Assembly: GCF_009914755.1 (NCBI RefSeq)
Contig: NC_060940.1
Source of the DNA: the human T2T-CHM13v2.0 reference genome, Homo sapiens
Direction: 5' to 3' (one strand)
DNA: 64,000 bases
This document shows, piece after piece, positions 13,501 through 28,500 of this stretch (its first letter is position 1; the number at the start of each line of letters is the position of its first letter). A program made the translations under genes and the position numbers. The notes beneath the pieces are model-generated. The model was not told where the DNA came from and did no database searches. It saw only the letters and a program-made list of their open reading frames with translations.

Positions 13501-16500
13501 ATAATGCTAGAGGGAAGAATTCTTAGTAACTTCTTTGTGTTGTGTGTATTCAACTGACAGAGTTGAACCTTCCTTTAGACAGAGCAGATTTGAAAGTCTC
13601 TTTTTGTGGAATTTGCAAGTGGAGATTTCAAGCGCTTTGAGGCCAAAAGCAGAAAAGGAAATATTTTCCTATAAAAACTCGACAGAATCTTTCTCAGAAA
13701 CTGCTCTGGGATGTGTGCGTTCAACTCACAGAGTTTAACTTTTCTTTTCATTCAGCAGTTTGGAAACACTCTGTTTGGAAAGTCTGCACGTGGATATTTT
13801 GACCTCTTTGAGGCCTTCGTTGGAAACGGGTTTTTTTCATGTAAGGCTAGACAGAAGAAATCTCAGTAACTTCCTTGTGTTGTGTGTATTCAACTGACAG
13901 AGTTGAACCTTCCTTTAGACAGAGCAGATTCGAAACACTCTTTTTCTGCAATTTGCAAGTGGAGACTTCAAGCGCTTTGAGGCCAAAGGCAGAAAAGGAA
14001 ATATCTTCGTATAAAAACCCGACAGAATCATTCTCAGAAACTGCTCTGTGATGTGTGCGTTCAACTCACAGAGTTTAACTTTTCTTTTCATTCAGCAGTT
14101 TGGAAACACTCTGTTTGTAAAGTCTGCAAGTGGATATCTTGGCCTCTTAGAGGCCTTCGTTGGAAGCGGGTTTTTTCATGTAAGGATAGACAGAGGAATT
14201 CCCAGTAACTTCCTTGTGTTGTATGCATTCAACTCACAGAGTTGAATGATTCTTTACACAGAGCAGATTTGAGACACTCTTTTGGTGGAATTTGTAAGTG
14301 GAGAATTCAGCCGCTTTGAGGTCAACGGTAGAAAAGGAAATATCTTCGTATAAAAACTAGACAGAATGATTCTCAGAAACTGTTTTGTGATGTGTGCTTT
14401 CAACTCACAGAGTTTAACCTTTCTTTTCAAAGAGCAGTTAGGAAACACTCTGTTTGTAAAGTCTGCAAGTGGATATTCAGACCTCTTTGAGGCCTTCGTT
14501 GGAAACGGGATTTCTTCATATTATGCTAGACAGATGAATTCTCAGTAACTTCCTTGTGTTGTGTGTATTCAACTCACAGAGTTGAACGATCCTTTACACA
14601 GAGCAGATTTGAAACACTGTTTTTCTGGAATTTGCAAGTGGAGATTTCAGCCGCTTTGAGGTCAATGGTAGAAAAGGAAATATCTTCGTATAAAAACTAG
14701 ACAGAATGATTCTCAGAAACTCCTTTGTGATGTGTGCGTTCAACTCACAGAGTTTAACCTTTCTTTTCACAGAGCAGTTAGGAAACACTCTGTTTGTGAA
14801 GCCTGCCAGTGGATATTCGGACCTCTTTGAGGCCTTCGTTGGAAACGGGATTTCTTCATATTATGCTAGACAGAAGATTTCTCAGTAACTTCTTTGTGTT
14901 GTGTGTATGCAACTCACAGAGTTCAACCTTCCTTTAGACAGAGCAGATTTGAAACACTCTTTTTGTGGAATTTGCAAGTGGAGATTTCAAGCGCTTCGAT
15001 GCCAATGGTAGAAAAGGAAATATCTTCGTATAAAAACAAGACAAACTCGTTCCCAGACACTGCGTAGTGATGTGTGTGTTTAACTCACAGAGTTTAACCT
15101 TTCTTTTCATACAGCATTCTGGAAACCCTGTGTTTGTAAAGTCTGCAAGTGGATATTTGGACCTCTTAGATGCCTTCGTTGGAAACGGGATTTCTTCATA
15201 TAATGCTAGAGGGAAGAATTCTTAGTAACTTCTTTGTGTTGTGTGTATTCAACTGACAGAGTTGAACCTTCCTTTAGACAGAGCAGATTTGAAAGTCTCT
15301 TTTTGTGGAATTTGCAAGTGGAGATTTCAAGCGCTTTGAGGCCGAAAGCAGAAAAGGAAATATTTTCCTATAAAAACTCGACAGAATCTTTCTCAGAAAC
15401 TGCTCTGGGATGTGTGCGTTCAACTCACAGAGTTTAACTTTTCTTTTCATTCAGCAGTTTGGAAACACTCTGTTTGGAAAGTCTGCACGTGGATATTTTG
15501 ACCTCTTTGAGGCCTTCGTTGGAAACGGGTTTTTTTCATGTAAGGCTAGACAGAAGAAATCTCAGTAACTTCCTTGTGTTGTGTGTATTCAACTGACAGA
15601 GTTGAACCTTCCTTTAGACAGAGCAGATTCGAAACACTCTTTTTCTGCAATTTGCAAGTGGAGACTTCAAGCGCTTTGAGGCCAAAGGCAGAAAAGGAAA
15701 TATCTTCGTATAAAAACCCGACAGAATCATTCTCAGAAACTGCTCTGTGATGTGTGCGTTCAACTCACAGAGTTTAACTTTTCTTTTCATTCAGCAGTTT
15801 GGAAACACTCTGTTTGTAAAGTCTGCAAGTGGATATCTTGGCCTCTTAGAGGCCTTCGTTGGAAACGGGTTTTTTCATGTAAGGTTAGACAGAGGAATTC
15901 CCAGTAACTTCCTTGTGTTGTGTGCATTCAACTCACAGAGTTGAATGATTCTTTACACAGAGCAGATTTGAGACACTCTTTTGGTGGAATTTGTAAGTGG
16001 AGAATTCAGCTGCTTTGAGGTCAACGGTAGAAAAGGAAATATCTTCGTATAAAAACTAGACAGAATGATTCTCAGAAACTGTTTTGTGATGTGTGCGTTC
16101 AACTCACAGAGTTTAACCTTTCTTTTCAAAGAGCAGTTAGGAAACACTCTGTTTGTAAAGTCTGCAAGTGGATATTCAGACCTCTTTGAGGCCTTCGTTG
16201 GAAACGGGATTTCTTCATATTATGCTAGACAGATGAATTCTCAGTAACTTCCTTGTGTTGTGTGTATTCAACTCACAGAGTTGAACGATCCTTTACACAG
16301 AGCAGATTTGAAACACTGTTTTTCTGGAATTTGCAAGTGGAGATTTCAGCCGCTTTGAGGTCAATGGTAGAAAAGGAAATATCTTCGTATAAAAACTAGA
16401 CAGAATGATTCTCAGAAACTCCTTTGTGATGTGTGCGTTCAACTCACAGAGTTTAACCTTTCTTTTCACAGAGCAGTTAGGAAACACTCTGTTTGTGAAG

Positions 16501-19500
16501 CCTGCCAGTGGATATTCGGACCTCTTTGAGGCCTTCGTTGGAAACGGGATTTCTTCATATTATGCTAGACAGAAGATTTCTCAGTAACTTCTTTGTGTTG
16601 TGTGTATGCAACTCACAGAGTTCAACCTTCCTTTAGACAGAGCAGATTTGAAACACTCTTTTTGTGGAATTTGCAAGTGGAGATTTCAAGCGCTTCGATG
16701 CCAATGGTAGAAAAGGAAATATCTTCGTATAAAAACAAGACAAACTCGTTCCCAGACACTGCGTAGTGATGTGTGTGTTTAACTCACAGAGTTTCACCTT
16801 TCTTTTCATACAGCATTCTGGAAACCCTGTGTTTGTAAAGTCTGCAAGTGGATATTTGGACCTCTTAGATGCCTTCGTTGGAAACGGGATTTCTTCATAT
16901 AATGCTAGAGGGAAGAATTCTTAGTAACTTCTTTGTGTTGTGTGTATTCAACTGACAGAGTTGAACCTTCCTTTAGACAGAGCAGATTTGAAAGTCTCTT
17001 TTTGTGGAATTTGCAAGTGGAGATTTCAAGCGCTTTGAGGCCGAAAGCAGAAAAGGAAATATTTTCCTATAAAAACTCGACAGAATCTTTCTCAGAAACT
17101 GCTCTGGGATGTGTGCGTTCAACTCACAGAGTTTAACTTTTCTTTTCATTCAGCAGTTTGGAAACACTCTGTTTGGAAAGTCTGCACGTGGATATTTTGA
17201 CCTCTTTGAGGCCTTCGTTGGAAACGGGTTTTTTTCATGTAAGGCTAGACAGAAGAAATCTCAGTAACTTCCTTGTGTTGTGTGTATTCAACTGACAGAG
17301 TTGAACCTTCCTTTAGACAGAGCAGATTCGAAACACTCTTTTTCTGCAATTTGCAAGTGGAGACTTCAAGCGCTTTGAGGCCAAAGGCAGAAAAGGAAAT
17401 ATCTTCGTATAAAAACCCGACAGAATCATTCTCAGAAACTGCTCTGTGATGTGTGCGTTCAACTCACAGAGTTTAACTTTTCTTTTCATTCAGCAGTTTG
17501 GAAACACTCTGTTTGTAAAGTCTGCAAGTGGATATCTTGGCCTCTTAGAGGCCTTCGTTGGAAACGGGTTTTTTCATGTAAGGTTAGACAGAGGAATTCC
17601 CAGTAACTTCCTTGTGTTGTGTGCATTCAACTCACAGAGTTGAATGATTCTTTACACAGAGCAGATTTGAGACACTCTTTTGGTGGAATTTGTAAGTGGA
17701 GAATTCAGCTGCTTTGAGGTCAACGGTAGAAAAGGAAATATCTTCGTATAAAAACTAGACAGAATGATTCTCAGAAACTGTTTTGTGATGTGTGCGTTCA
17801 ACTCACAGAGTTTAACCTTTCTTTTCAAAGAGCAGTTAGGAAACACTCTGTTTGTAAAGTCTGCAAGTGGATATTCAGACCTCTTTGAGGCCTTCGTTGG
17901 AAACGGGGTTTCTTCATATTATGCTAGACAGATGAATTCTCAGTAACTTCCTTGTGTTGTGTGTATTCAACTCACAGAGTTGAACGATCCTTTACACAGA
18001 GCAGATTTGAAACACTGTTTTTCTGGAATTTGCAAGTGGAGATTTCAGCCGCTTTGAGGTCAATGGTAGAAAAGGAAATATCTTCGTATAAAAACTAGAC
18101 AGAATGATTCTCAGAAACTCCTTTGTGATGTGTGCGTTCAACTCACAGAGTTTAACCTTTCTTTTCACAGAGCAGTTAGGAAACACTCTGTTTGTGAAGC
18201 CTGCCAGTGGATATTCGGACCTCTTTGAGGCCTTCGTTGGAAACGGGATTTCTTCATATTATGCTAGACAAAAGATTTCTCAGTAACTTCTTTGTGTTGT
18301 GTATATGCAACTCACAGAGTTCAACCTTCCTTTAGACAGAGCAGATTTGAAACACTCTTTTTGTGGAATTTGCAAGTGGAGATTTCAAGCGCTTCGATGC
18401 CAATGGTAGAAAAGGAAATATCTTCGGATAAAAACAAGACAAACTCGTTCCCAGACACTGCGTAGTGATGTGTGTGTTTAACTCACAGAGTTTCACCTTT
18501 CTTTTCATACAGCATTCTGGAAACCCTCTGTTTGTAAAGTCTGCAAGTGGATATTTGGACCTCTTAGATGCCTTCGTTGGAAACGGGATTTCTTCATATA
18601 ATGCTAGAGGGAAGAATTCTTAGTAACTTCTTTGTGTTGTGTGTATTCAACTGACAGAGTTGAACCTTCCTTTAGACAGAGCAGATTTGAAAGTCTCTTT
18701 TTGTGGAATTTGCAAGTGGAGATTTCAAGCGCTTTGAGGCCAAAAGCAGAAAAGGAAATATTTTCCTATAAAAACTCGACAGAATCTTTCTCAGAAACTG
18801 CTCTGGGATGTGTGCGTTCAACTCACAGAGTTTAACTTTTCTTTTCATTCAGCAGTTTGGAAACACTCTGTTTGGAAAGTCTGCACGTGGATATTTTGAC
18901 CTCTTTGAGGCCTTCGTTGGAAACGGGTTTTTTTCATGTAAGGCTAGACAGAAGAAATCTCAGTAACTTCCTTGTGTTGTGTGTATTCAACTGACAGAGT
19001 TGAACCTTCCTTTAGACAGAGCAGATTCGAAACACTCTTTTTCTGCAATTTGCAAGTGGAGACTTCAAGCGCTTTGAGGCCAAAGGCAGAAAAGGAAATA
19101 TCTTCGTATAAAAACCCGACAGAATCATTCTCAGAAACTGCTCTGTGATGTGTGCGTTCAACTCACAGAGTTTAACTTTTCTTTTCATTCAGCAGTTTGG
19201 AAACACTCTGTTTGTAAAGTCTGCAAGTGGATATCTTGGCCTCTTAGAGGCCTTCGTTGGAAACGGGTTTTTTCATTTAAGGTTAGACAGAGGAATTCCC
19301 AGTAACTTCCTTGTGTTGTGTGCATTCAACTCACAGAGTTGAATGATTCTTTACACAGAGCAGATTTGAGACACTCTTTTGGTGGAATTTGTAAGTGGAG
19401 AATTCAGCCGCTTTGAGGTCAACGGTAGAAAAGGAAATATCTTCGTATAAAAACTAGACAGAATGATTCTCAGAAACTGTTTTGTGATGTGTGCGTTCAA

Positions 19501-22500
19501 CTCACAGAGTTTAACCTTTCTTTTCAAAGAGCAGTTAGGAAACACTCTGTTTGTAAAGTCTGCAAGCGGATATTCAGACCTCTTTGAGGCCTTCGTTGGA
19601 AACGGGATTTCTTCATATTATGCTAGACAGAAGAATTCTCAGTAACTTCCTTGTGTTGTGTGTATTCAACTCACAGAGTTGAACGATCCTTTACACAGAG
19701 CAGATTTGAAACACTGTTTTTCTGGAATTTGCAAGTGGAGATTTCAGCCGCTTTGAGGTCAATGGTAGAAAAGGAAATATCTTCGTATAAAAACTAGACA
19801 GAATGATTCTCAGAAACTCCTTTGTGATGTGTGCGTTCAACTCACAGAGTTTAACCTTTCTTTTCACAGAGCAGTTAGGAAACACTCTGTTTGTGAAGCC
19901 TGCCAGTGGATATTCGGACCTCTTTGAGGCCTTCGTTGGAAACGGGATTTCTTCATATTATGCTAGACAGAAGATTTCTCAGTAACTTCTTTGTGTTGTG
20001 TGTATGCAACTCACAGAGTTCAACCTTCCTTTAGACAGAGCAGATTTGAAACACTCTTTTTGTGGAATTTGCAAGTGGAGATTTCAAGCGCTTCGATGCC
20101 AATGGTAGAAAAGGAAATATCTTCGTATAAAAACAAGACAAACTCGTTCCCAGACACTGCGTAGTGATGTGTGTGTTTAACTCACAGAGTTTCACCTTTC
20201 TTTTCATACAGCATTCTGGAAACCCTGTGTTTGTAAAGTCTGCAAGTGGATATTTGGACCTCTTAGATGCCTTCGTTGGAAACGGGATTTCTTCATATAA
20301 TGCTAGAGGGAAGAATTCTTAGTAACTTCTTTGTGTTGTGTGTATTCAACTGACAGAGTTGAACCTTCCTTTAGACAGAGCAGATTTGAAAGTCTCTTTT
20401 TGTGGAATTTGCAAGTGGAGATTTCAAGCGCTTTGAGGCCAAAAGCAGAAAAGGAAATATTTTCCTATAAAAACTCGACAGAATCTTTCTCAGAAACTGC
20501 TCTGGGATGTGTGCGTTCAACTCACAGAGTTTAACTTTTCTTTTCATTCAGCAGTTTGGAAACACTCTGTTTGGAAAGTCTGCACGTGGATATTTTGACC
20601 TCTTTGAGGCCTTCGTTGGAAACGGGTTTTTTTCATGTAAGGCTAGACAGAAGAAATCTCAGTAACTTCCTTGTGTTGTGTGTATTCAACTGACAGAGTT
20701 GAACCTTCCTTTAGACAGAGCAGATTCGAAACACTCTTTTTCTGCAATTTGCAAGTGGAGACTTCAAGCGCTTTGAGGCCAAAGGCAGAAAAGGAAATAT
20801 CTTCGTATAAAAACCCGACAGAATCATTCTCAGAAACTGCTCTGTGATGTGTGCGTTCAACTCACAGAGTTTAACTTTTCTTTTCATTCAGCAGTTTGGA
20901 AACACTCTGTTTGTAAAGTCTGCAAGTGGATATCTTGGCCTCTTAGAGGCCTTCGTTGGAAACGGGTTTTTTCATGTAAGGTTAGACAGAGGAATTCCCA
21001 GTAACTTCCTTGTGTTGTGTGCATTCAACTCACAGAGTTGAATGATTCTTTACACAGAGCAGATTTGAGACACTCTTTTGGTGGAATTTGTAAGTGGAGA
21101 ATTCAGCTGCTTTGAGGTCAACGGTAGAAAAGGAAATATCTTCGTATAAAAACTAGACAGAATGATTCTCAGAAACTGTTTTGTGATGTGTGCGTTCAAC
21201 TCACAGAGTTTAACCTTTCTTTTCAAAGAGCAGTTAGGAAACACTCTGTTTGTAAAGTCTGCAAGTGGATATTCAGACCTCTTTGAGGCCTTCGTTGGAA
21301 ACGGGGTTTCTTCATATTATGCTAGACAGATGAATTCTCAGTAACTTCCTTGTGTTGTGTGTATTCAACTCACAGAGTTGAACGATCCTTTACACAGAGC
21401 AGATTTGAAACACTGTTTTTCTGGAATTTGCAAGTGGAGATTTCAGCCGCTTTGAGGTCAATGGTAGAAAAGGAAATATCTTCGTATAAAAACTAGACAG
21501 AATGATTCTCAGAAACTCCTTTGTGATGTGTGCGTTCAACTCACAGAGTTTAACCTTTCTTTTCACAGAGCAGTTAGGAAACACTCTGTTTGTGAAGCCT
21601 GCCAGTGGATATTCGGACCTCTTTGAGGCCTTCGTTGGAAACGGGATTTCTTCATATTATGCTAGACAAAAGATTTCTCAGTAACTTCTTTGTGTTGTGT
21701 ATATGCAACTCACAGAGTTCAACCTTCCTTTAGACAGAGCAGATTTGAAACACTCTTTTTGTGGAATTTGCAAGTGGAGATTTCAAGCGCTTCGATGCCA
21801 ATGGTAGAAAAGGAAATATCTTCGGATAAAAACAAGACAAACTCGTTCCCAGACACTGCGTAGTGATGTGTGTGTTTAACTCACAGAGTTTCACCTTTCT
21901 TTTCATACAGCATTCTGGAAACCCTCTGTTTGTAAAGTCTGCAAGTGGATATTTGGACCTCTTAGATGCCTTCGTTGGAAACGGGATTTCTTCATATAAT
22001 GCTAGAGGGAAGAATTCTTAGTAACTTCTTTGTGTTGTGTGTATTCAACTGACAGAGTTGAACCTTCCTTTAGACAGAGCAGATTTGAAAGTCTCTTTTT
22101 GTGGAATTTGCAAGTGGAGATTTCAAGCGCTTTGAGGCCAAAAGCAGAAAAGGAAATATTTTCCTATAAAAACTCGACAGAATCTTTCTCAGAAACTGCT
22201 CTGGGATGTGTGCGTTCAACTCACAGAGTTTAACTTTTCTTTTCATTCAGCAGTTTGGAAACACTCTGTTTGGAAAGTCTGCACGTGGATATTTTGACCT
22301 CTTTGAGGCCTTCGTTGGAAACGGGTTTTTTTCATGTAAGGCTAGACAGAAGAAATCTCAGTAACTTCCTTGTGTTGTGTGTATTCAACTGACAGAGTTG
22401 AACCTTCCTTTAGACAGAGCAGATTCGAAACACTCTTTTTCTGCAATTTGCAAGTGGAGACTTCAAGCGCTTTGAGGCCAAAGGCAGAAAAGGAAATATC

Positions 22501-25500
22501 TTCGTATAAAAACCCGACAGAATCATTCTCAGAAACTGCTCTGTGATGTGTGCGTTCAACTCACAGAGTTTAACTTTTCTTTTCATTCAGCAGTTTGGAA
22601 ACACTCTGTTTGTAAAGTCTGCAAGTGGATATCTTGGCCTCTTAGAGGCCTTCGTTGGAAACGGGTTTTTTCATTTAAGGTTAGACAGAGGAATTCCCAG
22701 TAACTTCCTTGTGTTGTGTGCATTCAACTCACAGAGTTGAATGATTCTTTACACAGAGCAGATTTGAGACACTCTTTTGGTGGAATTTGTAAGTGGAGAA
22801 TTCAGCCGCTTTGAGGTCAACGGTAGAAAAGGAAATATCTTCGTATAAAAACTAGACAGAATGATTCTCAGAAACTGTTTTGTGATGTGTGCGTTCAACT
22901 CACAGAGTTTAACCTTTCTTTTCAAAGAGCAGTTAGGAAACACTCTGTTTGTAAAGTCTGCAAGTGGATATTCAGACCTCTTTGAGGCCTTCGTTGGAAA
23001 CGGGATTTCTTCATATTATGCTAGACAGATGAATTCTCAGTAACTTCCTTGTGTTGTGTGTATTCAACTCACAGAGTTGAACGATCCTTTACACAGAGCA
23101 GATTTGAAACACTGTTTTTCTGGAATTTGCAAGTGGAGATTTCAGCCGCTTTGAGGTCAATGGTAGAAAAGGAAATATCTTCGTATAAAAACTAGACAGA
23201 ATGATTCTCAGAAACTCCTTTGTGATGTGTGCGTTCAACTCACAGAGTTTAACCTTTCTTTTCACAGAGCAGTTAGGAAACACTCTGTTTGTGAAGCCTG
23301 CCAGTGGATATTCGGACCTCTTTGAGGCCTTCGTTGGAAACGGGATTTCTTCATATTATGCTAGACAGAAGATTTCTCAGTAACTTCTTTGTGTTGTGTG
23401 TATGCAACTCACAGAGTTCAACCTTCCTTTAGACAGAGCAGATTTGAAACACTCTTTTTGTGGAATTTGCAAGTGGAGATTTCAAGCGCTTCGATGCCAA
23501 TGGTAGAAAAGGAAATATCTTCGTATAAAAACAAGACAAACTCGTTCCCAGACACTGCGTAGTGATGTGTGTGTTTAACTCACAGAGTTTCACCTTTCTT
23601 TTCATACAGCATTCTGGAAACCCTGTGTTTGTAAAGTCTGCAAGTGGATATTTGGACCTCTTAGATGCCTTCGTTGGAAACGGGATTTCTTCATATAATG
23701 CTAGAGGGAAGAATTCTTAGTAACTTCTTTGTGTTGTGTGTATTCAACTGACAGAGTTGAACCTTCCTTTAGACAGAGCAGATTTGAAAGTCTCTTTTTG
23801 TGGAATTTGCAAGTGGAGATTTCAAGCGCTTTGAGGCCAAAAGCAGAAAAGGAAATATTTTCCTATAAAAACTCGACAGAATCTTTCTCAGAAACTGCTC
23901 TGGGATGTGTGCGTTCAACTCACAGAGTTTAACTTTTCTTTTCATTCAGCAGTTTGGAAACACTCTGTTTGGAAAGTCTGCACGTGGATATTTTGACCTC
24001 TTTGAGGCCTTCGTTGGAAACGGGTTTTTTTCATGTAAGGCTAGACAGAAGAAATCTCAGTAACTTCCTTGTGTTGTGTGTATTCAACTGACAGAGTTGA
24101 ACCTTCCTTTAGACAGAGCAGATTCGAAACACTCTTTTTCTGCAATTTGCAAGTGGAGACTTCAAGCGCTTTGAGGCCAAAGGCAGAAAAGGAAATATCT
24201 TCGTATAAAAACCCGACAGAATCATTCTCAGAAACTGCTCTGTGATGTGTGCGTTCAACTCACAGAGTTTAACTTTTCTTTTCATTCAGCAGTTTGGAAA
24301 CACTCTGTTTGTAAAGTCTGCAAGTGGATATCTTGGCCTCTTAGAGGCCTTCGTTGGAAACGGGTTTTTTCATGTAAGGTTAGACAGAGGAATTCCCAGT
24401 AACTTCCTTGTGTTGTGTGCATTCAACTCACAGAGTTGAATGATTCTTTACACAGAGCAGATTTGAGACACTCTTTTGGTGGAATTTGTAAGTGGAGAAT
24501 TCAGCCGCTTTGAGGTCAACGGTAGAAAAGGAAATATCTTCGTATAAAAACTAGACAGAATGATTCTCAGAAACTGTTTTGTGATGTGTGCGTTCAACTC
24601 ACAGAGTTTAACCTTTCTTTTCAAAGAGCAGTTAGGAAACACTCTGTTTGTAACGTCTGCAAGTGGATATTCAGACCTCTTTGAGGCCTTCGTTGGAAAC
24701 GGGATTTCTTCATATTATGCTAGACAGATGAATTCTCAGTAACTTCCTTGTGTTGTGTGTATTCAACTCACAGAGTTGAACGATCCTTTACACAGAGCAG
24801 ATTTGAAACACTGTTTTTCTGGAATTTGCAAGTGGAGATTTCAGCCGCTTTGAGGTCAATGGTAGAAAAGGAAATATCTTCGTATAAAAACTAGACAGAA
24901 TGATTCTCAGAAACTCCTTTGTGATGTGTGCGTTCAACTCACAGAGTTTAACCTTTCTTTTCACAGAGCAGTTAGGAAACACTCTGTTTGTGAAGCCTGC
25001 CAGTGGATATTCGGACCTCTTTGAGGCCTTCGTTGGAAACGGGATTTCTTCATATTATGCTAGACAGAAGATTTCTCAGTAACTTCTTTGTGTTGTGTGT
25101 ATGCAACTCACAGAGTTCAACCTTCCTTTAGACAGAGCAGATTTGAAACACTCTTTTTGTGGAATTTGCAAGTGGAGATTTCAAGCGCTTCGATGCCAAT
25201 GGTAGAAAAGGAAATATCTTCGTATAAAAACAAGACAAACTCGTTCCCAGACACTGCGTAGTGATGTGTGTGTTTAACTCACAGAGTTTCACCTTTCTTT
25301 TCATACAGCATTCTGGAAACCGTGTGTTTGTAAAGTCTGCAAGTGGATATTTGGACCTCTTAGATGCCTTCGTTGGAAACGGGATTTCTTCATATAATGC
25401 TAGAGGGAAGAATTCTTAGTAACTTCTTTGTGTTGTGTGTATTCAACTGACAGAGTTGAACCTTCCTTTAGACAGAGCAGATTTGAAAGTCTCTTTTTGT

Positions 25501-28500
25501 GGAATTTGCAAGTGGAGATTTCAAGCGCTTTGAGGCCAAAAGCAGAAAAGGAAATATTTTCCTATAAAAACTCGACAGAATCTTTCTCAGAAACTGCTCT
25601 GGGATGTGTGCGTTCAACTCACAGAGTTTAACTTTTCTTTTCATTCAGCAGTTTGGAAACACTCTGTTTGGAAAGTCTGCACGTGGATATTTTGACCTCT
25701 TTGAGGCCTTCGTTGGAAACGGGTTTTTTTCATGTAAGGCTAGACAGAAGAAATCTCAGTAACTTCCTTGTGTTGTGTGTATTCAACTGACAGAGTTGAA
25801 CCTTCCTTTAGACAGAGCAGATTCGAAACACTCTTTTTCTGCAATTTGCAAGTGGAGACTTCAAGCGCTTTGAGGCCAAAGGCAGAAAAGGAAATATCTT
25901 CGTATAAAAACCCGACAGAATCATTCTCAGAAACTGCTCTGTGATGTGTGCGTTCAACTCACAGAGTTTAACTTTTCTTTTCATTCAGCAGTTTGGAAAC
26001 ACTCTGTTTGTAAAGTCTGCAAGTGGATATCTTGGCCTCTTAGAGGCCTTCGTTGGAAACGGGTTTTTTCATGTAAGGTTAGACAGAGGAATTCCCAGTA
26101 ACTTCCTTGTGTTGTGTGCATTCAACTCACAGAGTTGAATGATTCTTTACACAGAGCAGATTTGAGACACTCTTTTGGTGGAATTTGTAAGTGGAGAATT
26201 CAGCCGCTTTGAGGTCAACGGTAGAAAAGGAAATATCTTCGTATAAAAACTAGACAGAATGATTCTCAGAAACTGTTTTGTGATGTGTGCTTTCAACTCA
26301 CAGAGTTTAACCTTTCTTTTCAAAGAGCAGTTATGAAACACTCTGTTTGTAAAGTCTGCAAGTGGATATTCAGACCTCTTTGAGGCCTTCGTTGGAAACG
26401 GGATTTCTTCATATTATGCTAGACAGATGAATTCTCAGTAACTTCCTTGTGTTGTGTGTATTCAACTCACAGAGTTGAACGATCCTTTACACAGAGCAGA
26501 TTTGAAACACTGTTTTTCTGGAATTTGCAAGTGGAGATTTCAGCCGCTTTGAGGTCAATGGTAGAAAAGGAAATATCTTCGTATAAAAACTAGACAGAAT
26601 GATTCTCAGAAACTCCTTTGTGATGTGTGCGTTCAACTCACAGAGTTTAACCTTTCTTTTCACAGAGCAGTTAGGAAACACTCTGTTTGTGAAGCCTGCC
26701 AGTGGATATTCGGACCTCTTTGAGGCCTTCGTTGGAAACGGGATTTCTTCATATTATGCTAGACAGAAGATTTCTCAGTAACTTCTTTGTGTTGTGTGTA
26801 TGCAACTCACAGAGTTCAACCTTCCTTTAGACAGAGCAGATTTGAAACACTCTTTTTGTGGAATTTGCAAGTGGAGATTTCAAGCGCTTCGATGCCAATG
26901 GTAGAAAAGGAAATATCTTCGTATAAAAACAAGACAAACTCGTTCCCAGACACTGCGTAGTGATGTGTGTGTTTAACTCACAGAGTTTCACCTTTCTTTT
27001 CATACAGCATTCTGGAAACCCTGTGTTTGTAAAGTCTGCAAGTGGATATTTGGACCTCTTAGATGCCTTCGTTGGAAACGGGATTTCTTCATATAATGCT
27101 AGAGGGAAGAATTCTTAGTAACTTCTTTGTGTTGTGTGTATTCAACTGACAGAGTTGAACCTTCCTTTAGACAGAGCAGATTTGAAAGTCTCTTTTTGTG
27201 GAATTTGCAAGTGGAGATTTCAAGCGCTTTGAGGCCAAAAGCAGAAAAGGAAATATTTTCCTATAAAAACTCGACAGAATCTTTCTCAGAAACTGCTCTG
27301 GGATGTGTGCGTTCAACTCACAGAGTTTAACTTTTCTTTTCATTCAGCAGTTTGGAAACACTCTGTTTGGAAAGTCTGCACGTGGATATTTTGACCTCTT
27401 TGAGGCCTTCGTTGGAAACGGGTTTTTTTCATGTAAGGCTAGACAGAAGAAATCTCAGTAACTTCCTTGTGTTGTGTGTATTCAACTGACAGAGTTGAAC
27501 CTTCCTTTAGACAGAGCAGATTCGAAACACTCTTTTTCTGCAATTTGCAAGTGGAGACTTCAAGCGCTTTGAGGCCAAAGGCAGAAAAGGAAATATCTTC
27601 GTATAAAAACCCGACAGAATCATTCTCAGAAACTGCTCTGTGATGTGTGCGTTCAACTCACAGAGTTTAACTTTTCTTTTCATTCAGCAGTTTGGAAACA
27701 CTCTGTTTGTAAAGTCTGCAAGTGGATATCTTGGCCTCTTAGAGGCCTTCGTTGGAAACGGGTTTTTTCATGTAAGGTTAGACAGAGGAATTCCCAGTAA
27801 CTTCCTTGTGTTGTGTGCATTCAACTCACAGAGTTGAATGATTCTTTACACAGAGCAGATTTGAGACACTCTTTGGGTGGAATTTGTAAGTGGAGAATTC
27901 AGCCGCTTTGAGGTCAACGGTAGAAAAGGAAATATCTTCGTATAAAAACTAGACAGAATGATTCTCAGAAACTGTTTTGTGATGTGTGCGTTCAACTCAC
28001 AGAGTTTAACCTTTCTTTTCAAAGAGCAGTTAGGAAACACTCTGTTTGTAAAGTCTGCAAGTGGATATTCAGACCTCTTTGAGGCCTTCGTTGGAAACGG
28101 GATTTCTTCATATTATGCTAGACAGATGAATTCTCAGTAACTTCCTTGTGTTGTGTGTATTCAACTCACAGAGTTGAACGATCCTTTACACAGAGCAGAT
28201 TTGAAACACTGTTTTTCTGGAATTTGCAAGTGGAGATTTCAGCCGCTTTGAGGTCAATGGTAGAAAAGGAAATATCTTCGTATAAAAACTAGACAGAATG
28301 ATTCTCAGAAACTCCTTTGTGATGTGTGCGTTCAACTCACAGAGTTTAACCTTTCTTTTCACAGAGCAGTTAGGAAACACTCTGTTTGTGAAGCCTGCCA
28401 GTGGATATTCGGACCTCTTTGAGGCCTTCGTTGGAAACGGGATTTCTTCATATTATGCTAGACAGAAGATTTCTCAGTAACTTCTTTGTGTTGTGTGTAT

